From NCBI RefSeq assembly GCF_009914755.1, contig NC_060928.1: a DNA stretch of 64,000 nt. The stretch is one strand, 5' to 3'. This document shows, piece after piece, positions 17,945 through 38,997 of the stretch (its first letter is position 1; the number at the start of each line of letters is the position of its first letter). Source of the DNA: the human T2T-CHM13v2.0 reference genome, Homo sapiens. Made by a program: the position numbers and the translations under genes. The notes beneath the pieces were generated by a model. It did no database searches. It was given only the letters and a program-made list of their open reading frames with translations, and was not told the DNA's origin.

Positions 17945-18325
17945 GAGAGAGACAGAGAGAGAGAGAGATTTATTTTAAGGAATTGGCTCATGCAATTGTG
18001 GAGGCTTGGTAAATCCAAGATCTGCAGTCTAGGCTGGAGACCCAGGGAAGAGTGGCAGTTTCGAGGCCATAATCAGTCTGCTAGCTGAATTCCTTCTTGC
18101 TCAGGGGAGATCAGTGTTCTATTAAGATCTTCAGCTGATTGGATGACACCTACTCTTATAAAAGGTAACGCTTTACTCAAATTATTCTGATTTAAACGTT
18201 AATCTCATCCATTAAAAAAAATAATAAAATTAAAAACATCTACTCAGAAACTCCAGAATGATGTTTTACCAAGTATCTGAGCACTGTGGCTCAGACAAGT
18301 TCACACATGAAATTAACTGTCTTAC
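17848..18325 (-). mobile_element. MLT2 (ERVL) LTR with internal (GA)n at 17907-17968
   Basis: gggttctcctgagaaaca...gagatttattttaaggaattggctcatgcaattgtggaggc...ttcacacatgaaattaac. Confidence 0.75.
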
Positions 18326-18620
18326 TACCTTATACAACAATGACAATTTACAGTTCAGACTGCAAAGGTCCTTGAATGCCATTTTGTTGGATTTATGAAA
18401 ATTAACCAGTGGCTCTCTAAGAGATTTGACCTTCATCATCTGATACTGGCAGCAGGAATGAGGTAGGGTGGGTGTCCTATAGAATAGTTTAATTTCTTTA
18501 GGGAACGTGTGTTGGAATATTTGCCTATCATGCTTGATTTTCAACCTTATTTTGACACATGACAAATTGGATGTTTTTTCCTTTCAATACTTTTCCTTTT
18601 GGTCCACATATTTTTAGTAA

Positions 18621-19317
<697 letters not shown>

Positions 19318-20564
19318 TTAACTTTAACTTTTTCTTTCTCTTTGAGGCCTTATTTCAAGGCTTACTTTTAGATATCCCTTCTACCAAAGTGCAATGTGAA
19401 TTTAGTAAAGATGACAGAAATGTAGGTGAGAACTAAAGGACCCAGTTTGTAGACCATCTGGACTAGGAGATTCAAAAGGTATAAATATTGTTCAAGCTTC
19501 ATTTCTTTGCAGGCAGTGCATAAAAGAAAAGCTATTTCAACCTTGATGCTGGAGAGATTTCTCTCTGTAGCTAACATAGAACAGGAAACCTTAATATTTT
19601 TCTTGGTGCCTCAGAATTTAAAGTCACATTGGTCCCAGACTGTTGTTTTGGACCACTTGAAACAGCAGGAGAAAACACGTAATTGGGAGTGGGCTGGAGA
19701 ATGTTATGAGGCCACTCAAAAGTGATCTGGATTATAAATCTATGCATACACCCTATTAGGAGAGAACAGGAAGCAGAATCTAGAAAACCAGTAGAGCAAA
19801 AGTTCTGATAAGCTAGAAGAAAAAGCAGAACCAGACTTGCAGAGTAAATGGGGGCCGAGACCTCATAATAGAGTGTAAAACAGAGTGAAAGGATTGGGAG
19901 CTAGTTTTATGGTTATATCCATATTCTGGTCAGTTGTTTTGTGGAAACCGCAAAAGGGAGGGTGAGCATCAGATGGTTAGTTAAAATCAGCAGTGTAGCC
20001 ATTGTTTTGAAAGGGCTGGTTTCTGTTTTGCCTGTAGGGAAGGAAGCCTGATGGTGGTTAGCAAGGGAGAGGGTATAAGGAGTGGGATCTCCCATTGCAT
20101 CATGGCCCTGGGAATGTAGTTTTAAGGTTTCTCTGTGGTCCTCTTGGCCAAGAGGGGGTCTTTTCAGTCACTTGGGGAGCTTTCCAAGAGAAGATTTTGA
20201 AAGTTTATTCATCTTTTTGTTTTTAATAAAATTAAACCATCTTGGAAAAATAGTTTCTCCTATTTTACCTTGAAAGATTGCCAGGTGTGGGCATTCTGTG
20301 AATTCTCTAAGTAACACATTCCAAAGGAATTTTCTTCTCCTTTTAATTGTGTTCCGGAAGCTATTATTAATAGGTTACTCATTTGAACTGTATGACAGCA
20401 GGAAATAAGACTCAAAGATCTAACCACACTAAATAACTCTTTGGATTAACCCATGTAGAAAATGATCAGCTAATTTTGACTTAAATCTTGCTTATACTAA
20501 TGACCACTTGCATTTTGAAGAAAAAAATTAATCATATTCCCAAATCCACTACTCTAAAGTATGA

Positions 20565-21407
<843 letters not shown>

Positions 21408-22320
21408 GAATTTACAATATACATATAAATAGGCAATAAATATTAAAAGGCTGATATGAATGCCAAGTCAGTTTTTTTTCACCCAGAGAATTGCTGAGTA
21501 GAACATAGACCAGATTTCATTTGACAGCTACTCCCACGTGCATTATAATACACACATCATATTCCTTACTGTAGAAAGTTACAGTTAAGGTTATAAGAAC
21601 TGGATCTTGTCCATATGAAAAAAGAAAGACTATGTTAGTAATAGTATTGCTTTTATATTTATGTATAGTATATTGTTACTTGCCTTTGCCTTTAAATATA
21701 TTACTATTTTGTCTCTTAAAATTGTTCAAAAACCCAGGTAGTTATTCACCAAGTTCTCGTTAGTCACCGAATTAAAATTGCATTTATAATAATGAGAATG
21801 TCAAATAGTATATACTGATTTTATAAGTTTGATATACATTTTAAACAAAAGAGCCAAGATAAAATGTAATTTTCTAAACCGATAAGGCCAGGATACTTTA
21901 TCATAATGTTAAAATTATCCCTAATGTTAGGAGTTAAAGGCTAACATTAGGAAATCTTTTCAAAAGATTTTTTTGAGTAGAGGGGCTTTTTTTTGTATTG
22001 AGTCAACCAATTTACATTAAACAATTCAGTAAAGTTTACAGTAATCAATACACAGTATATCCTCATATTCCACAGCAGCTTCAGAGTAGTAGTACGACAA
22101 TAGGAGTTTCTGGCTCTGAGCCCCCACCTGTGTAAATACTGGCACCCCAGTTCTCCAATCTTCCCAGCACTCAAGATTCCTCTTTCTCTTGGCAGGTCCC
22201 AAAAGAGTCAACTTGATCTTTTTGACAGCCATTAAGAGAACTCTATCTCTTTGTTCCGTGCCTGGTCACTTTGGCACAGCTGTCTTGCTGACACTCTTCA
22301 GATATGTGCTGACCTTGGCA

Positions 22321-22339
22321 TGCCACTAGGGGGCCGCTG
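22321..22339 (+). promoter_or_regulatory. CTCF core motif
   Basis: tgCCACTAGGGGGCcgctg, near-consensus, in unique non-repeat sequence. Confidence 0.6.
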
Positions 22340-23655
22340 CCTCATAGTATATACTTACCAATCATCACACTCCCCCATTGCTGATGCTCGATTGAGTCCT
22401 TTCAGGTCAGTGTCTCTGTTGTTCTAGGTAATGGGGGAGTGGAATGAAGTGGGATCCTGTCTCTGCTGGTGTTACAATCCTTTAATGGGTTTCTAAAGAG
22501 GGTCACCTTGCTTTACATTTTTATGGAGAGCTCAGTGTTAAATTTTATGTGGACACATTTTCTTGCAGTTCTTAGCTCTTATGCTCCCGTCAACTTCCGT
22601 GGTACTGGGTCAGGTAACATTTGATGTGACATGACTTCAACAACCCCTGAAAGGAGCTGGACACTTTAACTCAAAACTATTCAGGGTGAGTTCCCTGCCC
22701 ACTTCAGGTCATCCCAGAGAAACCAAGCTGATCAAGAAACCAGGAGATAATGTTACAAACACACTACTCACTACTGTGGGTTCCAAGGCATTCTCCTCTT
22801 TCTCACTTTCTTTCCCTTTCCTCTCTCTCATCCTACTCCAATTTGCTCTACTTTCTAGACTGCAACAAAGGCCCTTTGTTACATGTAACTTTTACTTTTT
22901 AAGAGAGAAATTTACTTTCTGTCAACAAAGAAGTATAAATATAAAATTCTATTAAATAAATAATGAAGAGTCTTCATTTAATACGGTTAGTTAGGAAAGA
23001 GATAAGGGAAAAGCATTGTGCCTGAAGACAATATTTGAAATTAGTCTTTATTACTTGGTTGTCTAAGTTTGCTTTTTCCTGTCAGAAACAGTTTTTTATT
23101 TAGTTAGATCCACCAACTTGTTTCTTCAGCATTAACTGGGTTTTAATTATCTGCTTCTTACAAACATTCAATTGCCTTTTTCTCAAGCTTCTTTTCTGGG
23201 TAGGCCCCACAGAGAAGCAGCAGGGAGGAATTATATCCCAGGATGAAGCATCCTCACCAGTGCAACATCATTCTGTGTTGTATTTGCCAATAACTTGATG
23301 ACATTAGGCCTTTTGAGTAGAGTCCCCATTTCTTTTTCTTCCAGACATTAGATATTTTTCAAAGTGAATTTTAAGTACCTTTTTTAAGATCTAGACTGCA
23401 ATAAATTTTTCTGCAATTAAACACAACATAATACAGTATGTGGTTCAGACTGATGCTAGTATCAGTTGATTTTGCAAGCCCCATTTACTAGTAAAAGCTG
23501 GAGTTGTGTGACCCCATCTTATTCAATAAACAAGTATCCAAATATTTATTGAGCACCAACTCAATATAGGGCCTTGGACTGAATTAAAGTAGCAAGCTGA
23601 CCACAAAACCAGGAGATAATGTTACAAACACAGCATTCCTATTGTGCAGTGGTCA

Positions 23656-24012
<357 letters not shown>

Positions 24013-24269
24013 TAATTGAAAATTTCTGCATATGTCTGGATTGAAATTACCCATGAAGTCATATAGGACTTAATTCAGAGGACATTTTTTATCTATTCCA
24101 ATGTTGGGTTAGGTTTGTGCCTTAATACTCTTCAGGATTTAACTACACCAGATGCGAAGGAAGTAAATGCCCAAACCTCATAGCCAAGTTTACCATTTTC
24201 CAGTATTTTGATGTGAAATTATTCTGACATAGTAGAGTCAAATGCCTCCTACTGTTTTTCTGATAGCTC

Positions 24270-24619
24270 TGCTATTGACTGGATGTGTGTGTCCCCCAAA
24301 ATTCATATGTTGAAGCCTAATCCCCAGTGTGATGGTATTTGGAGGTGGGAATTTTAGGAGGTACTTAGGTCAAGAGGATAGAGTCCTTGTGAATGGGGTT
24401 AGTGCTCTTACAAGAAAAGATGTGAGAGAGATGATCTCTCAGCCATGTGAACATATGGCAAAAGGCACCTGTCTACAAGCCAAGAAAAGACCCTCACCAG
24501 ATATCTGCTGGTGCTTTGATCTTGAACTTCTCAGTCTTCAAAACTGTAAGAAATAAATGTTGCATAAGCTACCCATTATGTTGTAATTTTGTTAACAGCA
24601 GCCCAAACTGACTAAGACA
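24270..24619 (+). mobile_element. MLT1A/MST-type MaLR solo LTR
   Basis: tgctattgactggatgtgtgtgtcccccaaaattcatatgttgaa ... gcagcccaaactgactaagaca. Confidence 0.8.
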
Positions 24620-24815
24620 AACAAGGATCTTAGCCTTTTGGTTTTATTATGTTTAATGTTTTTGGAGATCCCCAAGTGATTTCTTCCTCAAGGGAAAATT
24701 CAAAACACTATCATCACCAAGATACTCTGTCTTGTCAATTATTTTCTGCATTTATCAATTTCCCCTTACATTTACCCTGCTTATAATTGTACCTCACCTT
24801 ATGGCAGGTTCCCAC

Positions 24816-26692
<1,877 letters not shown>

Positions 26693-27892
26693 ATTTTTAA
26701 AAGGCAGTAACTAGCAGTTGGTGCTTTGGCTATTCAGTTCTTGCATCCTAGTTCTCTGGAAGTTCCCACTAGTATTCAGAGCAGGGGGATGGAGGTAGTA
26801 AGAAAAATAAGATTTTTGATCTGATCTCTCTTTATGCTGTGATCCCTATGCCATTTGTCCCTGCCAAAAATGTAACCTGTGCATTGACTGTCACAAATAG
26901 CCAGATTTTGACTTTTTGATCACTTTATCTTGAATGTACATTTACGCTATAATACATTAAAGATATAACTAATCCTAGTAAGACTAGGAAGCTGAATGTA
27001 TCCCTTTCTTAGGCAGCTAAAATCTCAATACTTTTGAGTGCCCTTCACTTTACTCTTTGTACACGGGGAGTCTTCTTGTTTAGGAACCTCATCACCCTAG
27101 CTGCATGCCTTATCCACCATCTCAGCAGCTTGTTCCTTTAATGCCGCCAGTCTGAGCTTCAGCATGCTGCTTGCATTCCACAGGAAGCCTTGTAGTCTTG
27201 AGCATATTCCACAGGATGTGTGCTTCCTTCCTTAACTACTCTGAAACCTGTGGCTGATAAGTACACCATTGTCTTAATGGAGATCTCTGTTGATAAGAAC
27301 CAAAACTTCCTCAACACAGCTCTATGGGTGTAGGCAGGAAGGGTATTTATTGAAGCAATTCAGGGGCATATCTGATAATCTAATTTCAGAATATAGAATC
27401 CTATTGCATAGGAAGTAGTTATCCAAGAGCTACCCTTTTTGGGATCAGATTATCTCTCATCTCTGCTTCCCTAGATATGTCCATTTGTTCCTTCTCTACC
27501 TCATTCTTTTTTTTAATGCTTTTTGTGAAAACTGTCATGTATCTCATTCTCTCTGATCTTTGCAAGGTTCTCAAGGTTTGCTCTCCCATAACTCTGACCC
27601 AAGGCTTTGATTTGCCGTGGTGTCATGTTTGTCCCAATGTACCCACACATCAGAACTTCTCTGCACAATAGGAACAGCCTCCATCTTTTTATTTTGGTAC
27701 AGTTTCTCAAAGGAGGACATTGAATTGGCTCACCCTGAATCAGGTGTCTACCCCTGGTCCAATCAGTTGTGACCAGGATCTTGGGTCACCTGAGACAAGT
27801 ATGACCACTGTGACTGCGGGTAGAGGACAGGTTCTCTTAGAATGAGTTGTGGGTGGGAAGAAGATGGTTGATGTATCTAGTACATATGTAAT

Positions 27893-28489
<597 letters not shown>

Positions 28490-29059
28490 AATCTCTTTTT
28501 CGTATTTTTAACCTCAGACCAAATTTGGGATGAGTGAAGTCAGTCCTGCAATAGTATGAGAGTTACACTTCTGGTAAGTTACAAAATACCATCTAATCAA
28601 ATACCTTAATTTGTACTAGGAGTGGTTCTCCAAAGGGCACTACAGGTCAGCTGTTCCCATGACCATATAACTTGTCACCTCATCCATGCACTCATGCTTG
28701 AGAATTGGTGGCTGTAGACCCTGCTGCACTGGTATCAGTTTCTGGAGATATGCTCCATTTAGACCTCATTATTTTAGGTGTAGCCTCTTCACATCTCCTT
28801 TTGAAATTTTCCAAGGTTTCCACCATGTTTCTTTAAATTACATGATCTGTGGATATCATTTAGAAATATAAAAATATGAATTACAAACTCACCTGCAGCA
28901 GGAGTAGATTGAGGTTTTTGTGGTGCTTAAAGCTTATACAGCTTGGGAGATTTTTTAAAGAAAAAATAATTTTAAATTATGGAGACAAAATTAGGTATGA
29001 AATTGATTCATGAGAAAAAACACAACAAATATCTTTTAAATACATGGCTTTTTAATTTC

Positions 29060-29207
29060 ATTGGGCATAAAAATAACATGGCAATGTTATTAAAATACAG
29101 ATTCCTGGGTCCACCCCAGACCTATTGAAACAGAATTTATGAAGTCCTGGAATCTGCATTTTAGCACACAACCCCAGGAAGGCTGAATACCACATTTTGA
29201 GATAAAC
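29060..29207. mobile_element. MER5A (hAT-Charlie) fragment
   Basis: ttaaaatacagattcctgggtccaccccagacctattgaa...ggaatctgcatttt. Confidence 0.7.
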
Positions 29208-29321
29208 TAAGTAATCACTGCAGCGAATAAGACTTTAACAATATCTCTTCTCTTTTTTGAGGGTATATTTGCTTGGTGTATATGTATATACAATTATCAC
29301 TGTATGAAAGAAGAAATATGA

Positions 29322-31234
<1,913 letters not shown>

Positions 31235-32302
31235 TGAATTAAATCACTGAACTAATTTGACAGCTTAAACTATAGTAGTCAAGCAAAATCTCTGTGGAAT
31301 TCATATTTACATATTAAAACATTCCTGAGTTAAGGGGAAAAAAATAGCTTGGCTTTATAGCTTCAGGGAAATACTGCTAAGTAAATTTAGGGGACTTCCA
31401 GTGGTAGAGTAAAAGGGGGAAAACCATAGAATTATCACACTTTTCTGACAACTGGAGCTCAAACAAACTCTTGGGACATAAGCTGCATAATTCTGTCCCA
31501 AAGAATGGTTCCTCTTGAGTGACCTTCTGAGGGTCCAGGTCTTCCTGGACCTTGAAAATAAAGGGTAGAGTTTGCACCTCAGGTTGGGAATCGGAAATCA
31601 GATTTTAAGGCGTGAGGGAGGTGTAAGTCAGCCAAGGACACAGAGTTCTTCAGAACCAAGCTTTCCTGGGACATGAATCATATTTATTTTAGGCATAAAA
31701 CTTTCTAGCTCCAAATGAGGGAAAATTTCTTTCTTGCTTTATAAAGAATGTCACTCTCTGCCAGAATGTTAGGAAGCTACTGAGTAGATCCAGTCCTGAG
31801 GCTCTGTGGCCCATTTGCAGAGTTCTCCTTCTTAACCTTCTGTCAGCGGTCTGCCTGGCCCTATGCCAAGCCCAGCTTCTCAGTCCTGCGGTTGTGTGTA
31901 AAGGCAAAATCATGTCTGGGGTGTAGGCTGCATTCTCCAGTGAGTTTGTTTACCTGCTCCAGGTAAGTCAATATGTCCCAAGAGAATCCTCGGGACACAG
32001 AAAGCATATCGTGCCAAGTGAATGCAGCCCTGCTGTAGGCCTGCCTCATTAGACAAAACCATAGCCCTTTGCTTCCTGAAAACGTTCCTGCATGGATTTT
32101 AAAGCTGTAACACGACCTTATTAATTTTAGTTGCAAACTTGAGCACATACAGATGGTCTATTTAAACCATAATAAACCTATGCTACACTGTAGGGTTGTG
32201 TTCATTTATGTGGTTGCATTTTACCATAGTGTTGTAAAGTTAAATTCTAGGCTATCAAACAAAAATTTCCAAATGTGAGAAATGTGAGATCCTTTTTTGC
32301 CT

Positions 32303-32305
32303 TTC

Positions 32306-32336
<31 letters not shown>

Positions 32337-32818
32337 TTTTTTGAGGCAAGATCTTGCTCTGTCACCCAGGGTGGAGTGAAGTGGTTCACAGCTCACTGCA
32401 GCCTCAACCTCCTAGGCTCAGCCTGTCCTCCCACCTCGACCTCTTGAGTAGATGGGACTACAGGTGCACACCACTGTCAAGTGTTCGAACCAGAGCGACT
32501 CCATCTGGAGTAAGGACTATGAAAATGAGGCTGGGACTTGCTGGGCTGCGTACCCAGCAAGTTAGGTATTCCTAGCCTCTCGATGTTTACAGTTAAGGGA
32601 ACAGATTGATAATGTTTACTAAACAGACCCAGACTTGGGAGTGTCCTGATATCCCGATATCTTGAAAACAGAAGCATTTTTTTTTCTTTCTGAATTTTTA
32701 ATAGAGACAGGGTTTCACCATGTTGCCCAGGCTGGTCTCAAACTCCTGAGCTCAAGTGATCTCCCACGTCAGCCTCCCAAAGTGCTGGGATTACAAGCAT
32801 GATCCACTGAGCCTGGCC
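32303..32818 (-). mobile_element. AluJ split by a MER41 fragment
   Basis: Right arm at 32303-32474, left arm at ~32695-32818. Confidence 0.85.
32475..32677 (+). mobile_element. MER41-family LTR, 5' ~200 bp only
   Basis: tgtcaagtgttcgaaccagagcgactccatct...aaaatgaggctgggacttgctgggctgc. Confidence 0.8.
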
Positions 32819-33099
32819 AGTTTGTCTGTTTTTTTTTTTTTTCTTTTTTCATGCTATGAAATTATTTGTATATTGTAGGTACTCAATAAGTATTGAATTA
32901 ATTATTTAATTAATACCTAAAAGTCAATCTGATTGAAGTTGCTTGTATTCAAAGGATCTTAAATAATTCAAATATGTGCAACATAATCCATTTTGTTTCA
33001 AAAAATTATTTGTGCTTATAAAAAAGGCTGGAAGTATATTTTAAAAAATATTAGAAGTGATTATCACTGAAGATTGGTGTTATTGGTGATTTGAATTTC

Positions 33100-35240
33100 T
33101 TTGTTGGAGAAGTTAAATTATTCCTCTTTGAAGATGAAATGATTTTATACTGAAAAAACCCTAAAGACTCCACCAAAAAAAAAAACTGTTAGATCTAATA
33201 AACAAATTCAGTAAAATTACAGTATACAAAATCATCATAGAAAAGTTGGTAGCATTTCTATATACCAATAGCAAACTGTCTGAAAAACAAGTTAAGAAAA
33301 CAATCCCATACACAATAGCTACAAAAATTGAAATACTTAGGAATAAATTTAACCAAGAAGGTGAAAGATCCTTACACTAAAAACTATACAGCACTGATGA
33401 AAGAAATTGAAGAAGACACAAATAAATGGAACGATACCCTGTGTTCATAGATTGCAAAAATTAAGATTGTTAAAATGTCCATACTACCCAAAATGAACTA
33501 TAGATTCAATGCAATCCCTATCAAAATGCCAATGACATTCTTCACAGAAATAGAAAATACAATCCTAAAATTGTATAGAACCACAAAAGGCACCAAATAG
33601 CCAAAGCAATCTTGAGCAAAAAGAGTAAAGCTGAAGGCATCAGACTTCATGATTTCAAAATAAGCTGCAAAATTATAGTAACCAAAACAGCATAAAAACA
33701 GACATATAGAACAATGAAACAAAATAGAGACCCCAGAAGTAAATCCATGCATTTATGGCCAACTGATTTTCGACAAAGGCACCAAGAGCACACAATGGAA
33801 AGGAGAGTCTCTTAAAAAAATTCTGTCGGGAAAACTGGATATCCACACGCAGAAAGATGAAATTAGACCCTTATCTCCTATCATATACAAAAATCAACTC
33901 AAAATGTATTAATAACTTAAACGTAAGATCGGAAACAATGAAACTACTAGAAGAAAACATTAGAGGAAACTCCATGACTTTGGTCTGTGCAAGAGTGTTT
34001 TGGATATTACCACAAAAGCAAAGGCAACAAGAGCAAAAATAGATGGTTAGAATTACATGGAACAAAAAGCTTCTGTACAGCAAATGAAACAACAGAGTGA
34101 AGAGACAACTTACAGAATGGATGAAAATATTTGCAAACTCTATCTCTGATAAGGGATTAATATCCAAAATATATATACAAGGAACTCAAACAATTCAATA
34201 GTGAAAAAAAAAGCAAGTAACCCTATTAAAAATGGGCAAAAGACATAGAAGACATACAAGTTGCCAATAGGTATATGAAAAATGCTCAGCATCAATAATC
34301 ATCAGGGAAATGCAAATCAAAACCACAATGGGATATCACCTGACACTTGTTAGCATGACTATTATCAAAAAGACAAAAGATAAGTGTTGGCAAAACCATA
34401 CAAAAGAATGAAATCATGTTCTTTGCAGCAGCATGGATGCAGCTGGAGGCCATTATCCTAAGTGAATTAATGCAGGAACAGAAAACCAAATACTGCATGT
34501 TCTCACTTATAAATGGGAGCTAAACACTGAGTACACACAGACACAAAGATGGGAACAGTAAACACTGGGGATTCCAAAAGTGGGGAGGAAGGGAAGGGGA
34601 GAAGGTATTATGTTCACTACTTGGGTGACAGGATCATTAGGCATCCAAACCTCAGCATCATGCAATATACCCATGTAAAAAAACTGCACGTCTGCACATG
34701 TATCATGTACCCCTGAATTTAAAAAATGTTGGCCAGAATATACAGAAAAGAACACTTATGCACTGTTGGTGAGAATGTAAACCAGGACAACCGCTATGGA
34801 ATACAGTATGGAGGTTCTTCGAAAAAGTACAAGTAGAACTATGCTATGATCCAGCAACCTCGCTATTGGGAATCTACTCAAAGGAAAGGAAATCATTATA
34901 TAGAAGAGACATCTGCATCCCCATGTTTATTTCAGCATTATCCACAATAGCCAAGACATAGAATCAACCTAGTTGTCCATCAATGGATGAATGGATAAAG
35001 AAAATGTGGTATATGTACACAATGGAATATTATTTAGTCATGCAGAAGAGCAAAGTCCTGTCATTTGTGACAGCATGGATGAGCCTGGAAAGCAGGTTAA
35101 GTGAAATAAGTCAGGCACAGAAGAATAAATACTGCATAATCTCACTCATATGTGGAATCTAAAAAACCTAATGGTTACCAGAGGCTTGAGCGGTTAGGAG
35201 GAGGGAGGGGATGGGGAGATGTTGTATAATTACAGTTAGA
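33100..35240 (+). mobile_element. Degenerate L1M ORF2/3' UTR with a nested younger L1 3' fragment (~34392-34725)
   Basis: ORF2 remnants (KLDPYLLSYTKINSK) with many stops; the nested fragment is flanked by a near-repeat of aa(g/a)tgttggc. Confidence 0.9.
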
Positions 35241-35246
35241 AAGTTG

Positions 35247-37545
<2,299 letters not shown>

Positions 37546-38264
37546 CAAGAGTATCTTTATTTTTAAAGTACTGACTAGTACCAACCAGACCTAATAAAGC
37601 TCAGCATTCTTTTTCATCTCTTGGCTCCCCGCCCTTTTCTCACAGTGGCATTGCCAAACCTTTTCTACTCTTTCTTAAGAATTTGTGCTGGATTAATTCC
37701 CCATCCCTGTCTACTCTGCTCTGTGCCCTAGGTATGTCATCATACAGATTGCTACAACCTGGCTCCCTTGCCCTCTAGCTTCCAGATGGGTTCAGCTATT
37801 GGCTTTAGCTGAAATCCTGAGGATGAGAAGAGAGTGAGGTCACATTATTTATTCCTGTAGCTCCCTCCCTGTCAGCTTTCTACAAATTGGCTATATCCCT
37901 TTATCTAAAGGCCATAGATCCCGTCTTGAAGCTTCAAAGCTTTCCCTGGGTCCCAGTGACTGCTTCCTCCTCTTGCTTCTTCGGGCTTAGGGATGGTACC
38001 AGTTACCTACTATTACTTGTTATGGGGTAATTCATTATTTCTTATATTATTCCTCATCCTTACTCATAATTCTATACAAAATCTGTTCAAATTCAGTGTT
38101 CCACATCTTTTCTGTCGGGTTCACCACCAAGACAGCATTCAACTCCATCTTCTTCCATTCACTGTCAGCAAATGACCTTGCCTCATTCTTTATTTTTACA
38201 TGAAAGGTTGAGGCCTTCCTCAAATGGCTGTACAACATCAGTTCACTAAAAGTAGTCTATGTAG

Positions 38265-38572
38265 GGCCAGGCACAGTGGCTCACACCTGTAATCCCAGCA
38301 CTTTGGAAGGCAGAGGCAGGCAAATCACTTGAGGTCAGGAGTTCGAGACCAGCCTGGCCAACATGGTGAAATCCCATCTCTACTAAAAAATACCTACTAA
38401 AATTAGCCGAGCATGATGGTGGGCACCTGTAATCCCAACTACAGGGATTACGAGGCGAGGAGGCTGAGGCAGGAGTATCGCTTGAACCCTGAAGGCGGAG
38501 GTTGCAGTGAGTCAAGATTGCGCCACTGCACTCTAGCCTGGGTGACAGAGGGAGACTCCGTCTCAAAAAAAA
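38265..38572 (+). mobile_element. AluS
   Basis: TSD AAAAGTAGTCTAT. Confidence 0.9.
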
Positions 38573-38997
38573 GTAGTCTATATAATGGCCTGCTCTCTCT
38601 TCTTGATCTCTCAGAGCACAGGACACAGCTCGTTCATGGCAGGGCACTACCCTGATTTCCTCTGACCTCGAAGGACATCTTTCCCTCATTAGCTCTTCTC
38701 CCCTCTTGCATACCTTAACTATGGATGCTGCTGAAGTCTGAACCTTGGTTTGCCCTCATGACAAATTTTTTTTAAACAAAGGTTTATCAGTTTTTTACCA
38801 CTTTATTACTTTTATTCAGATAATTTTTCAAACATATACTTGCTGTCCTAATCATTTAATTAAACTCCAGTCCTTTATCTCTTCAACCAGATGCTACATA
38901 TTTTACATGGATTTCTAGTTGTCTCTTCAAACCCAGTATCACTTCATCCTTCCTCTCATTTTCCCTCCAGTTAGATTTTCTCCCATTATGTATTTTT

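Noticed and set aside
27000-27350. Possible additional processed pseudogene
   Set aside because: The minus-strand frames I translated give nothing recognisable; no poly(A) or TSD.
28518-28573. Exon-like unit with a strong GTAAGT donor
   Set aside because: Stops in all three frames and a weak acceptor next to an Alu; no support without RNA data.
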